Assembly: GCA_965248445.1 (NCBI GenBank)
Contig: CBDFJG010000003.1
Span: 448,001 to 512,000 of the forward strand
Reading direction: 5' to 3'
Source: Planctomycetota bacterium
Lineage (GTDB): Bacteria; Planctomycetota; JAJSAM01; JAJVHW01
DNA length: 64,000 nucleotides
Position numbers and translations under genes: made by a program. The notes beneath the pieces were generated by a model. That model saw nothing but the letters and a program-made list of their open reading frames with translations, did no database searches and was not told the origin of the DNA. The number at the start of each line of letters is the position of its first letter. The first letter of the stretch is position 1. Below, one piece after another: positions 21,647 through 32,169 of this stretch.

Positions 21647-23175
21647 CTAGTGATCGCTCAGCGTCAGCGTCAGCGGAAGGTCTTCACGTCTGTCGTGCCA
21701 GGTAAGAAAGCTCGGCGTGAAGACGTTCGACGGGAGTTCCCTACCCACTAGCGTGTTGCGGCGGATGATACGGGCCAGCGTCGACACCTCGACCGCCGCG
21801 ACCATCCAGTCGGGCAGGTAGTTCTTGTAGAAGAACCGGTCGCCGTCGCGAAGGCGTTCGAACTGATCCTTGAGGACCTCGTGCACCAGCTCGCCGACCA
21901 GCGCGCCCCGCAGGTGGTCCTCGGCCAGGCCGCCGACCCACGGATCGATCTCGTTGACCGAGCTGTAGGCGTCGGCCAGGGCTTCCACGACGGCCGGATC
22001 GGAGGAGATGTCGCAGAAGCTGCTGACCGTGGTGAGGCCAAAGTCGGCGCGAACGGTGTTGTAGTCGGGCAGGCCGTGATCACGGCCGCGTTGGATGTTC
22101 AACGCAGCGAGGTCGAAGCCGCCGTCGCCCGGAAGACCGAACAGGAAGTTGCGCACGTCGTCCACCAGCAGGTTGTCGATCTCCTGCGGGCGCTGCCAGA
22201 CAAGCCCGCGCAGAAGCGGCGGCAGGCCGTCGTTGTCCGGGTCGAGCAACAGTTCCGGATTGAAGAACGCGTCGCGGAGGGCGACGTTCCCGGGGCGGAT
22301 CGGGTTCCAGTTCCGGTTCAGCCTGAGCAGCGTGGGCGAAAGCATGCTGTGGCCGAAACGATAGGTGGCGGTCGAGAAGACGTTCGCGATGCGGGGATCG
22401 ACGGAGGGGTCGTAGCCTTCGTATTGCGCGAGCGCGTCCGGTCCCAGCAACGCGGGCAAGAACTCGTTGTATGTGATGGCCTGCATCTCGGCACCCACCA
22501 TCGCCCGCGCCAGCTCGTAGATCGTGTCCCCATCCGCGCACGGGAAGCCTTGGCGGAACCTGGACGCCCAGAGGTTGTGCTCGCGGACGAACAACGTGTG
22601 CATCGCCGTGAGGGCGATCTGCTCGTTCGCCCGCACATCTCCGGCCAGGAAGAAGCCGTCCTCCAACGGCAAGAGACCGGTATCGCTGATCCGCAGCCCG
22701 CCGCTTCCGTCGTTCACGCGCAGGCACGCGGCGGTCGCGGAGTCGGAGCCGTAGACGTTCGAAGCGTCGATCCACGTCGTGATCTGGTTGAGCTGCTGAC
22801 GAATGCGGGACTCGACCGCGAAGACGGAGCGGTCGAGCGGAATCACCGCGGTGCCCGTCCCACAGGGATCGAAGAAGGGGTCACCCGTCGGCACCGGGAT
22901 GTCGAAAGCCTCGACCGGCGTGGCTGTGCCGGTGAGGTCGATGTCGTGGTCGACGAACTGGCCCCACTGCCAGACGAAGTCCGAAACGGGTGAAGAGACC
23001 AGCACCAAATCAATCTGTGCGGCCACGAGGTTGCTGATCAAGCGCGCACCGGGCCGGCCGTCTCCGGACGGCGTGCCCGCACCGTCGCCGTAGGCGACAG
23101 TGGTCAACCGCAGCAGCGGGGTATCGGTGCCGCCGAGGTTCGGGCGGCGGAGATTGTTGCCCGTGCCATCGATTC
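21647..23175 (-). CDS. Animal-type haem peroxidase (peroxidase-cyclooxygenase family), 5' truncated
   Basis: IDGTGNNL, WGQFVDHDIDLT (distal His), LAGDVRANE, YRFGHS (proximal His), NIQRGRDHG, LRDGDRFFY. Confidence 0.92.
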
Positions 23176-24810
23176 TGAGACACCTAAAGTTGCGGCAGTT
23201 CTAGCCCGAATCGTTCACCAGCCGGGAATCTGAGCGGGCCGTCGTCTGTCTAAGTGCTCGTGCCTGCTAGACTAGTACTTGCACCGACAGGAGCGCCGGC
23301 CCGATGACGCCAGACTGTAGCACGCAGGGCGGGGCGAGGCCGGAGGGAATTCCCCCGGCGCGCGCGAGGCGGCGCAGGGGACCGTGCCGGACCCCGAAGT
23401 CGTGCCCCGGCCGACGCGACGGCGCTTCAGCGCGGCGTACAAGCTGCGGATCGTGCAGGAGGCCGACGCCTGCACGAGGCCGGTGAGATCGGTGCGCTGC
23501 TGCGTCGCGAGGGGCTGTACTCCTCGCACCTGGTGACGTGGCGGCGGGCGCGGGACCAGGGCCAACTCGAAGCCTTGGCGCCCAAGCGGCGCGGTCCCAG
23601 GCCCGACCCGGCCCGGGCGCTCAGGAAGCGCAACGAGCAGCGCGAGCGCGAGAACGTCCGGCTGCGCCAGCGGCTTGAGACCGCTGAGACGATCCTCGCC
23701 GTGCAGAAAAAAGTCTCACGGCTGCTGGGCATCGAGATGCCCGAGACGAGCGGGAGCGACACGTGAGCGCGGCGGAGGACCTGGGAGGACGCGTCGGCGT
23801 CGCCCCGGCCTGCCGCGCGCTCGGCGTTGCGCGTGCCACGCTCTACCGGCGCCGGACGGCACGGGCGTGCCCCCGGCCCCAGCAGCCGCGCCCGCCGTCG
23901 CCGCGGGCGCTCTCGACCCAAGAACGCCTGGCGGTGCTCGCCGTCCTGAACGAGGAGCGCTTCGTGGACCACGCGCCGCGGACGATCTGGGCCACGCTGC
24001 TCGACGAGGGGCGCTACCTGTGCTCGGCGCGCACGATGTATCGCATCCTCGCGGCCGCCGGCGCCGTGCGTGAGCGCCGCAACCAACTGCGTCATCCGGC
24101 GTACAGCAAGCCCGAGCTGCTGGCGACGGCGCCCAACCAGGTGTGGAGCTGGGACATCACCAAGCTCAAGGGCCCGGTGAAGTGGACGTACGACTACCTC
24201 TACGTCGTGATCGACATCTACTCTCGCTGCGTCGTCGGCTGGACGCTGGCTGCGTGCGAGAGCGGCACGCTGGCCAAGGAACTCGTCGCGCACGCGTGCG
24301 ACAAGCAGGGGACCCGCGCCGGTGAGCTGACGCTGCACGCCGATCGCGGGCCGCCGATGATCTCCAAGACGCTGGCGCTCAAGCTCGCGGACCTCGGGGT
24401 CACCAAGTCCCACAGCCGGCCGCACACGTCCAACGACAACGCCTTCAGCGAGAGCCAGTTCCGCACCATGAAGTACCGGCCGGACTTCCCCGCGCGCTTC
24501 GGCTCGATCCAGGATGCGCGCGCCCACTGCCGCGCCTTCTTCGACTGGTACAACCGCGAGCATCGCCACTTGGGTCTCGGACTGCTCACGCCCGAGACCG
24601 TCCACTACGGCCGCGCCGAGGCTGCCCTCGCCGCCCGATCGGTCGTCCTCGACGCGGCCTACCGCCTCCACCCCGAACGCTTCGTCCGCAGAGCGCCGGC
24701 TCCGCCGGCGCTCTGCGGACGAGGTCTGGATCAACCCGCCGGCGCCGCGACCGGAGACGGAGGCGCTCGCTCACTAAATGCGAAGACACGGTGTCTCACA
24801 ATCGTTGACA
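23164..24810 (+). mobile_element. IS3-family element (OrfA ~23330-23766 frameshifted; OrfB rve transposase 23763-~24780)
   Basis: Ends TGCCATCGATTCTGAGACACC and reverse complement TGTCAACGATTGTGAGACACC (18/21). Motifs WSWDIT, LHADRG, NAFSESQFRTMK. Confidence 0.9.
23205..23329 (+). mobile_element. IS1380 left-end remnant inside the IS3 element
   Basis: Near copy of 36226-36344, preceded by CTAG. Confidence 0.85.
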
Positions 24811-24878
24811 CGTCCCGGGCCCGGGTGTGCGAGCCTGGTGTAGTGACTTCGTAGGACGGAAGCAACGGCGGGTGAAGC

Positions 24879-26357
24879 ATGTCGCGACAGGCTCGGAACC
24901 TCTCTCGTTGGACCGTCGTGGCGCGACTACGGATCGTCGCCATCGTCGTCGGCGCGTTCGTCGTGGTGGGGAGTTGGTCCTCGGTCAGGGCGTACGTGCA
25001 GCGCTTCACCTCGTCCGCCGAGCACGTGGGAGACGCCGGGGGCACGGAGTTCTACTGTCCGATGCACCCCGCGGTGGTGCGGACCGAGCAGACGCCGTGT
25101 CCGAGCTGCGGCATGGCGCTGAGTCGTCGTCGGAGCGGCTTCGCCACCGGCGATGGGCGCATGAACGTCTCGCGATCGATGCTCGCTGCGGCGGGTGTTC
25201 GAACGTCCCACGCTGCGTGGCGGCCATTGACCAGAACGATCCGCGCGGCTGCCACGATCGCGTACGACGCGGACGGTCTCGCGCGTGTCTCATCCCACTT
25301 TGACGGCTGGATACGAGAAGTGCCGGCGGGGACCGAGGGTGACTACGTCTCGCGCGGTTCGACGGTTGCCGTCGTCGTCAGTTCCGACATCGCGGAGACC
25401 CATCAGCAGTTGATCTCGAAGGCCGGCCAGCTCCGACAGCTGGAGGCGCGTGGAGCCACGGCGGGAGTCTCGCGGGTCAAGGGCGAAGTCGAGGCGCTGG
25501 AAACTCAGTTCCGGCTCTGGGGCTTTCAGGACGAGCACATCGCGGAGCTCGCCGGGAGCGACCGCGCCGAGGAGTCCGTCGAGATTCGCAGCCGGTACGA
25601 CGGCGTCGTGACGCGCAGGCACGTGGTGCCGGGCGACTTCGTGTACGAGGGCACACCTCTCTTCGACCTGGCGGGCACGGAGACGATGTGGACGCTGCTC
25701 GACGTCTTCGAGTCGGATCTCCCCCACCTGGCCGTCGGGCTCGAGGTGACCGTGCGGCTCACGTCGAGCCCCGGGACGGAGCTGACTGGAGTGGTCGCGT
25801 TCGTCCCGCCTGAGCTCGATCCGGATCGTCGCACGGCGGTCGTTCGGTGCGAGCTGCCGAATCCCGACGGTCGGCTGCGCGCCGGCATGGTCGCCGACGC
25901 CGAGATCAGGGTCCGTCTGCGGTCGAGAGAGCCGTACCGGTCCATGGAGTACCCAGCGGACGCCACGGTGCGCGTGGTCTACACCTGCCGGCATCACGAC
26001 GTTGTGCAGGACACGCCCGGCGTCTGCACGGCGTGCGGGACCATGCAACTCGTTCGGGAGGAACTCCCCGCCGGGCCGGGGCCGGACGACGTCCTGGCGA
26101 TCCCCGCACGCGCCGTGATCGACACGGGCCGACGGCAGTTCGTGTGGGTGGCCGTCGAGGACGGGACCCTCGCACGCCGAGAGGTGCGAGTGGGGCCGCG
26201 TGACGGGGCGTTCGTGCCCGTGATCTCGGGTCTTGTGCCTGGCGAGCGCGTCGTCTCCGAGGGCGCGTTCCTCGTCGATGCCGAGCACGCGCTCGATCCC
26301 GCGTCTGCGTCCACGTACTACGGAGCCGCCCACACCTCCGCGGACGACGCGAGGTGA
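24879..26357 (+). CDS. cusB: Cu/Ag RND efflux periplasmic adaptor with heavy-metal-binding domains
   Basis: YCPMHP...CPSCGMAL, a second YTC..H...CTACGTMQL, and a membrane-fusion-protein core. Confidence 0.9.
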   Translation: MSRQARNLSRWTVVARLRIVAIVVGAFVVVGSWSSVRAYVQRFTSSAEHVGDAGGTEFYCPMHPAVVRTEQTPCPSCGMALSRRRSGFATGDGRMNVSRSMLAAAGVRTSHAAWRPLTRTIRAAATIAYDADGLARVSSHFDGWIREVPAGTEGDYVSRGSTVAVVVSSDIAETHQQLISKAGQLRQLEARGATAGVSRVKGEVEALETQFRLWGFQDEHIAELAGSDRAEESVEIRSRYDGVVTRRHVVPGDFVYEGTPLFDLAGTETMWTLLDVFESDLPHLAVGLEVTVRLTSSPGTELTGVVAFVPPELDPDRRTAVVRCELPNPDGRLRAGMVADAEIRVRLRSREPYRSMEYPADATVRVVYTCRHHDVVQDTPGVCTACGTMQLVREELPAGPGPDDVLAIPARAVIDTGRRQFVWVAVEDGTLARREVRVGPRDGAFVPVISGLVPGERVVSEGAFLVDAEHALDPASASTYYGAAHTSADDAR

Positions 26358-29300
26358 TTCGCGGTCTGATCGAGCACTGCGTGCGGCGCCCGGTCGCGAC
26401 AGTGCTCCTCGCAGTGCTGGCTTGCGGGGCCGGGGCCGCTGCGATGTCGCGGGTGCCGATCGATGCGTTGCCGGATCTCTCCGAGCACCAGGTCATCGTC
26501 TTCGCCGACTGGCCGGGCCGGAGCCCGCAGGAGATCGAGGACCAGGTCACGCGACCGCTTTCCGTGGCCCTTCAGGGGCTCGCCGGAGTGCGCGACGTGC
26601 GTTCCTCGAGCGACTTCGGCTTCTCGATGGCCAGCGTCATCTTCGAGGACGGGACCGACTTCTACTTCGCGCGCGAGCGGGTGACCGAGCGGCTCTCGAC
26701 GGCGGCGCAACGCCTGCCCGCCGGCGTGCTGCCGTACATGGCGCCCGACGCGACCGCGCTGGGTCAGGTGCTCTGGTACACGATCGACGGCAGCGATCAC
26801 GACCTCGGTCAGCTGCGGGAGATCCAGGACTGGTACGTACGCGACCAGCTCGCGTCCGTCGCCGGTGTGGCCGAGGTCGCCGCCGTGGGCGGCGCGCCGG
26901 TGGAGTGGCAGGTCGATGTCGATCCACATCGGCTCCGGCAGTACTCGGTGTCCCTGGGCGACGTGATGCGCGGTGTCAGTGCGAGCAGCTCAGCGATGGG
27001 CGCAGGCGTCGTACATCGCGGCGGAACAGAGTACGTCGTGCGCGGCGTCGGCTGGGTCGAGACCGTCGACCAGCTCGAAGCGACGGTGGTGGCCTCCCGC
27101 GGCCCGGCTCCGATCCGGGTCCGCGACGTCGCGCGAGTGTCACTGGGGCCGGGCTTCCAGCACAGTGTGCTGGAGAAGGACGGTCGCGACGCAGTCGGGG
27201 GGGTCGTGGTGATGCGCCACGGCGCGAACCCCGCGGACGTCATCCGGGACGTCCGCCGCAAGATCGCGGAACTCGCGGACGGGCTGCCCGAGGGCGTCCG
27301 CGTCACGCCGTTCTACGATCGCACTGAGCTGATCGACGGCGCGATCCACACCGCGGGCTGGATGCTCGTCCACGAGATCCTGATCGCGTTCGTACTCGTC
27401 CTGCTCGTAATGCGTCACGTCCGTGCGTCGCTCGTCATCTGCGTCGCGGTCCCCGCAGCCGTGTTGCTGTGCTTCGGGCTGATGTGGCTCTTCGACGTGT
27501 CGGCCAACATCATGTCGCTCTCGGGGATCGCGGTCTCGATCGGTGTGCTCGTCGACCAAGCTGTCGTCATGACGGACAGCGCCATGCACAGCCTGCGCGC
27601 GCGTTTCGGAGACGAGCGCGTCACGGGTGACACGCGCGAGATCGTCGGCGCCGCCTGCCGTCGAGTGGGGCGTCCGATTGCCTTCGCGGTGCTGATCATG
27701 GTCATCTCGTTCCTGCCGGTGTTTGCCCTCGGCGGGATCGAGGGACGGCTGTTCCGGCCGCTTGCGCTGACGAAGACGTTCGCGCTGGTCGCCGTGGGGG
27801 TCGTCTCGGTCACGCTGCTCCCCGCACTGCTGCCCCTCGCCCTACGTGGGCGCATCCGGCACGAGGAGGACTCGTGGGCGGTGCGGACGCTGATGGGACT
27901 GTACAGGCCGGTTCTCGAGTGGCTGACCGACCGGCACCGGCTCGTCATCGGTACGTTTCTGTTGGTGCTGGGCGTGGGCGCCGCTGCGGCGAGCTGGCTG
28001 GGGTCGGAGTTCATGCCGGCGCTCGACGAGGGCACGGTCCTCGACATGCCCGTCTCGGTGCCACGAATCGCAATTCCACAGGCGGCCGCGACCCTGAAGG
28101 CCAGGAATGCGCAGCTTCGCGGGTTCCCGGAGGTCGGCGTGGTGGTCGGCAAGGCGGGGCGCGCCGAGACACCGACGGACCCGAGTCCACTGGAGATGAT
28201 CGAGACGGTCGTGAACCTGCGGCCCCGCGATGGCTGGCCGTATCGCCACCTCGCCGAGGACGCCGCGCTAGGCGAGTTCGAGGAGGTGATCGCCTGGGCT
28301 GTGCAGGACGGGCTGCTGCGCGCTGAGGACTCCGAAGGACTGGCCGCCGAGGCACTCATCGAGACGCGGTCACGCTTCGATCGACGCATGCGGGAACTCT
28401 GTATCGCCGCGCAGGCCGAGTGGACGAGCGCGATCGCGAGTGAACTCCTCCGCGGGTGTCTGACACGGCTTGCCGCGACGATGGGCGTCCCGGTCGAGGC
28501 GGCCGAGAAGTTGGCCGCCAGCGCTGATGACGAGCCTCTGGAAGCGATCTGCGAGCGCTTGGTGATCAGCGTCGAACTACCCGATCTCCGCGACGTGTCG
28601 CGCCGGCTGGGCCGAGTGGTCGCGGACGGTCGGCAGGCTGGACGCGCCGCACTCGTCTCGGAACTCGAGGACCTGCGCGAGGACCTCATCGATCTCCGCG
28701 ACGACGCGTGGGTGCGCCGCAACGACGAGCTCCGTTGGCGGCTGGACGCCCAGGCTGCCGGGATGTTCGCGTCCCTGGCGCTCGACGTCGTGGCCGAGGA
28801 GGCCGAGCGTCGCGGCGTCCTCGTGCGGTCTCCGACGGACGAGGACAGGCGCGGCGTGGCCCGCTCGCGGTCGGGCACGTCTCGGCCGGTGCTGCGTCGG
28901 AAGTCGAAGCAGGACCTGATCGAAGAGCTGGATCGCGACCTGCGGATGCTCGGATGGGCGAACATCTGGACGCAGCCGATCGTGAACCGCGTGGACATGC
29001 TCGCCACCGGCATCCGCACGGAAGTGGGCGTCAAGGTGTTCGGCCCCGACCGCGCGACGATCCATCGCACGGCTGTCGACGTGGCGGGCGTGCTCGCCCG
29101 CGTGCCCGGCGCTGCGGACGTGTTCCCCGAGCAGACGATGGGCAAGCTGTACATCGACGTGGACGTGGACCGCGAGCGAGCCGCGCGCTTCGGCATGAAC
29201 GTCGCCGACGTACTCGAGACTGTCGCTACCGCCGTGGGCGGGCGTGCGACGGCACAGGCGATCCAAGGCCGCGTCCGCCGATCGATCCGAGTGCGCTACA

Positions 29301-30330
29301 TTCGCGATGCGCGGACCAGCGTCGAGGAGATCGAACGCGTTCTGGTGGCCACGCGGACTACGCCGGTGGGAGGAACCCAGCATCCCGATCCGATGCAACC
29401 GCCGAGCGGCGACGATGACGACAAGTCACAGCGACGCACGGCGCACGCTCACCACGGGGGCGGCGCCGGCGGCGCTTCGTCGTCGAGCGGGGGTGCCATG
29501 GGCTCGATGGCGGATGACCATGCGAGCGGGCCGGCTGGTGTCCAGCACGTCGAACTCCGAGAGATCGCGGCTGTGCAGGTGGTCGAAGGCCCGCCGGTCA
29601 TTCGCACCGAGAACGGACAGCTTCGCAGCTACGTCCAGCTGAACGTCCGAGGACGGGATGTGGTCGGCTTCGTCGATGACGCTCGCCGCGCCGTGGACGA
29701 GCAAGTTGTGCTGCCCGAGAGCGTGCATCTGGAGTGGGGAGGTCAGTTCCAGCACAGGTGCGCGCCAGGAAGACGCTGACGCTGGTCGTACCGCTGGTCG
29801 TCTTGCTGATCTTCGGCGTGCTCTACCTCACGTACCGGGACGCTGCGCACGCAGCGCTCATCTTGCTCGCCGTCCCAGGCGCCCTCGCCGGGGGAGTGAT
29901 CTTTCAGTGGATCCTCGACACCAACTTCAGCGTCGCCGTCTGGGTGGGCTTCGTTGCGTGCTTCGGCATGGCGACGGAGACCGGCATCGTGATGGTGGTG
30001 TACCTGCGGGAGTCGTTGCATCGCGCGCGCGACGAGGGACGGCTCACGTCGATCGATGCCGTCCGGTTGGCCGTCATCGACGGCGCCGTGCGGCGCTTGC
30101 GCCCGAAGCTGCTCACCGAGCTGACCACTGTCCTCGCCCTGGCCCCGATGCTCTGGGCCGTCGGCCCTGGCGCCGACGTGATCCGTCCCATGGCCATCCC
30201 GGTGATCGGCGGCATCCTCGTGGCCGACGAGTTCATCGACCTGATGCTGCCTGTGTTCTTCTTCCGCGTGGAGCGGCGGCGCTGGATGCGCCGGCAGGCG
30301 GCCGCAGCCAGTCCCGAGGCCGCGCGGTAG
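26354..30330 (+). CDS. cusA: CusA/CzcA heavy-metal RND transporter, frameshifted near 29755, with large insertions
   Basis: IDALPDLSEHQVIV, PDATALGQV, NIMSLSGIAVSIG, WTQPIVNRVDMLATGIRT. C-terminus in ORF 29734-30330 (GMATETGIVMVVYL, RLRPKLLT). Confidence 0.92.
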
Positions 30331-30652
30331 TCTGCCGCAAGCGGCTGCGCCGCATCGACAGCGTCGGGCCGCGGCCCCGCTCGGCGTCCCGTTCGCAGTC
30401 GCGGTCGGGTGTCGGGCGCCTTGGACTCGGCGGCCTCTCGGAGAGTGGCGAGGCGTTGGTGATGAGATGAGATCCCGTCTTCTCGACCAAGGTTCTTAGA
30501 GCGTTGTTGGCGCTGCCCGCCTCGCCTGCGCGCGGGGACCGCGCTCGGCGGGCCGCGAGGACAGGTTGGGTGGTGCGACGCCTTCGCCTGTCGGCTCCGG
30601 CATGAATCCGGGGCGGCGGAGCGCGCGCGAGTTCGCTCGGAAGACTCGTGGC

Positions 30653-31852
30653 TCATGCGGGCACCTGCGTGGCCGACGTGGCCACGGGTGTGGGCCGGGG
30701 GACGAAGGGCTGTTTGTTTCGAGCCACCCAGTGGACGGCGACCAGGAGCTTTCGCATGGACGCGACGAGGGCGACCTTCGGGAGCTTGCCCTGGGACCGA
30801 AGCCGTTCGTAGAAGGCGCGCAGCCAGGGGTTCCTGCGCACCGCGGTCAGGACGGGCATCCACAGGGCCCTGCGCAGCCGGGCGTGCCCGATGCGGGTGA
30901 TGGCGGCGCGTTGGCCCTGGTTGCGTCCGGACTGCTTGAGTGCCGGGACGACCCCGATGTATGACGCCAGCGCCTTGGCGTCGCGGAAACGAGTGATGTC
31001 GCCCAGCTCCGCGACGAGCCGCGCGGCGGTCTGTGGCCCGATGCCGTCGATGGTCGTGAGGAGCTTGCCGACCTCGTGGTGCTCCAGGGTTCCCCCGATC
31101 AGCTTCTCCAAGTCGCGAAGGCGCCGGCGCAGCAAGTCCAGATCCTCGCAGGCGTACCGGACCTGAGTGCGATAGGCCTCGGCGTGGTGGCGGCCCACGG
31201 ACGACTTGGCTGCACGGACCAGGTCTTGGGCAAGCTGCCGCCCGACTCGGTGACGTCCGTCGTAACGGAGCGCGGCGAGTCGCTTGACCGAGACACCCAC
31301 AAAGGCCTGCGCGGTGGGATGGCGGTTGAGCAGCGCCGTGGCGAGTTCGCTGTCGAGGGTGCGGACGTGGCGTGTGAACTCCGGGAAACCCAGGTCCACC
31401 AAGCGGTGAAGCCGGCGGACCCGGTCTCCAAAGTCCTGGACCACGCGATCCCTGAGTCTGACGAGCTCGCGCAGTTCCTCGGTGCCGGAGTCGGGCAGCC
31501 GCGTGGGCTCCGGGCGTTTCTGGCGAGCGAACCGGGCGAGCCCGAGGGCGTCGATGGCATCGGTCTTGGTCCGCTGCAGGTCCTCGCCGGCGAAGCGGTG
31601 GGTCCGCAGCGGATTGATCAGCACCATGGCGAAACCGCGCGAGAGAAGCTCCGCCGCCAAGTTGCGCCAGTAGTGCCCGGTCGCCTCCAAGGCCACGAGC
31701 ACGTCTCGAGGGACGCCGAGCAACTCGAAGAGCTCCTCGTAGCCCTGTGCGTCCTCACCGAAGGCGGTGGGCCGCACCAGGATCTCTTCGTCCTCGTCCA
31801 TCACCGCCACGACGTGCTTCTTCGAAGCGATGTCTATCCCCGCGTAGCGCAT
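30653..31852 (-). CDS. IS110 DEDD recombinase (399 aa)
   Basis: GIDIA, ALEATG, KTDAIDA, and C-terminal KQSG. RBS AGGAGG before the ATG. Confidence 0.95.
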   Translation of the reverse strand: MRYAGIDIASKKHVVAVMDEDEEILVRPTAFGEDAQGYEELFELLGVPRDVLVALEATGHYWRNLAAELLSRGFAMVLINPLRTHRFAGEDLQRTKTDAIDALGLARFARQKRPEPTRLPDSGTEELRELVRLRDRVVQDFGDRVRRLHRLVDLGFPEFTRHVRTLDSELATALLNRHPTAQAFVGVSVKRLAALRYDGRHRVGRQLAQDLVRAAKSSVGRHHAEAYRTQVRYACEDLDLLRRRLRDLEKLIGGTLEHHEVGKLLTTIDGIGPQTAARLVAELGDITRFRDAKALASYIGVVPALKQSGRNQGQRAAITRIGHARLRRALWMPVLTAVRRNPWLRAFYERLRSQGKLPKVALVASMRKLLVAVHWVARNKQPFVPRPTPVATSATQVPA

Positions 31853-31874
31853 CGTGCACCTCCTGTCATGCGAC

Positions 31875-32085
31875 GAGGAGGACCGGGAGCCTCGGAGCCG
31901 GCGACCGTACTCATCCTTGTTCATGCGAGGACGCGCGTCTGCGCGCCTCAGGATCCCGTCCGAGCGTGGGTCGCCGGTCGAGGGCGCCAATCTCATCTCC
32001 GAGGACTGCGCCTCGTGAAGGCCGCGGCGACCCTCTCCCGGCTCTCGTCGATCTCTGTCCACCGTAGGTCGCGGGCATGAGTGGA
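31875..32085 (-). ncRNA. IS110 bridge RNA with target- and donor-binding loops
   Basis: Two stem-bounded internal loops whose guides match the target (CGGCCTTC, GAGATGAGA) and the donor (GACGGGATC, ACAAG). Ends approximate. Confidence 0.88.
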
Positions 32086-32169
32086 CGTCATACAAGAAGG
32101 CCGGTCCCTGCCTCGGTGTAACCCGTAGCGGTTTCCAGAGGCGCTGACGGGCTTGCGAGCCCGAGGAGG

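Larger units (their letters stand above)
30470..32096 (-). mobile_element. Complete IS110-family element bounded by CT cores
   Basis: Minus-strand junctions ACCGGCCTT-CT-TGTATGA (left) and GACGGGAT-CT-CATCTCA (right), with a long left non-coding end. Confidence 0.93.

Noticed and set aside
27415..29196. Long antisense ORFs (593 aa here; also 12260-13600, 44488-46284, 48104-49846, 51254-52960)
   Set aside because: Shadow ORFs opposite clear genes in high-GC DNA, with no recognisable motifs.
31853..32095. N-terminal extension of the 480-aa ORF 30653-32095
   Set aside because: The true start is the ATG at 31852 behind AGGAGG. The extension is the bridge RNA region.
32118..32150. TGTAACCCGTAGCGGTTTCC as a separate IS end
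   Set aside because: No partner end or ORF. It lies inside the rebuilt left end of the IS1111-type element.
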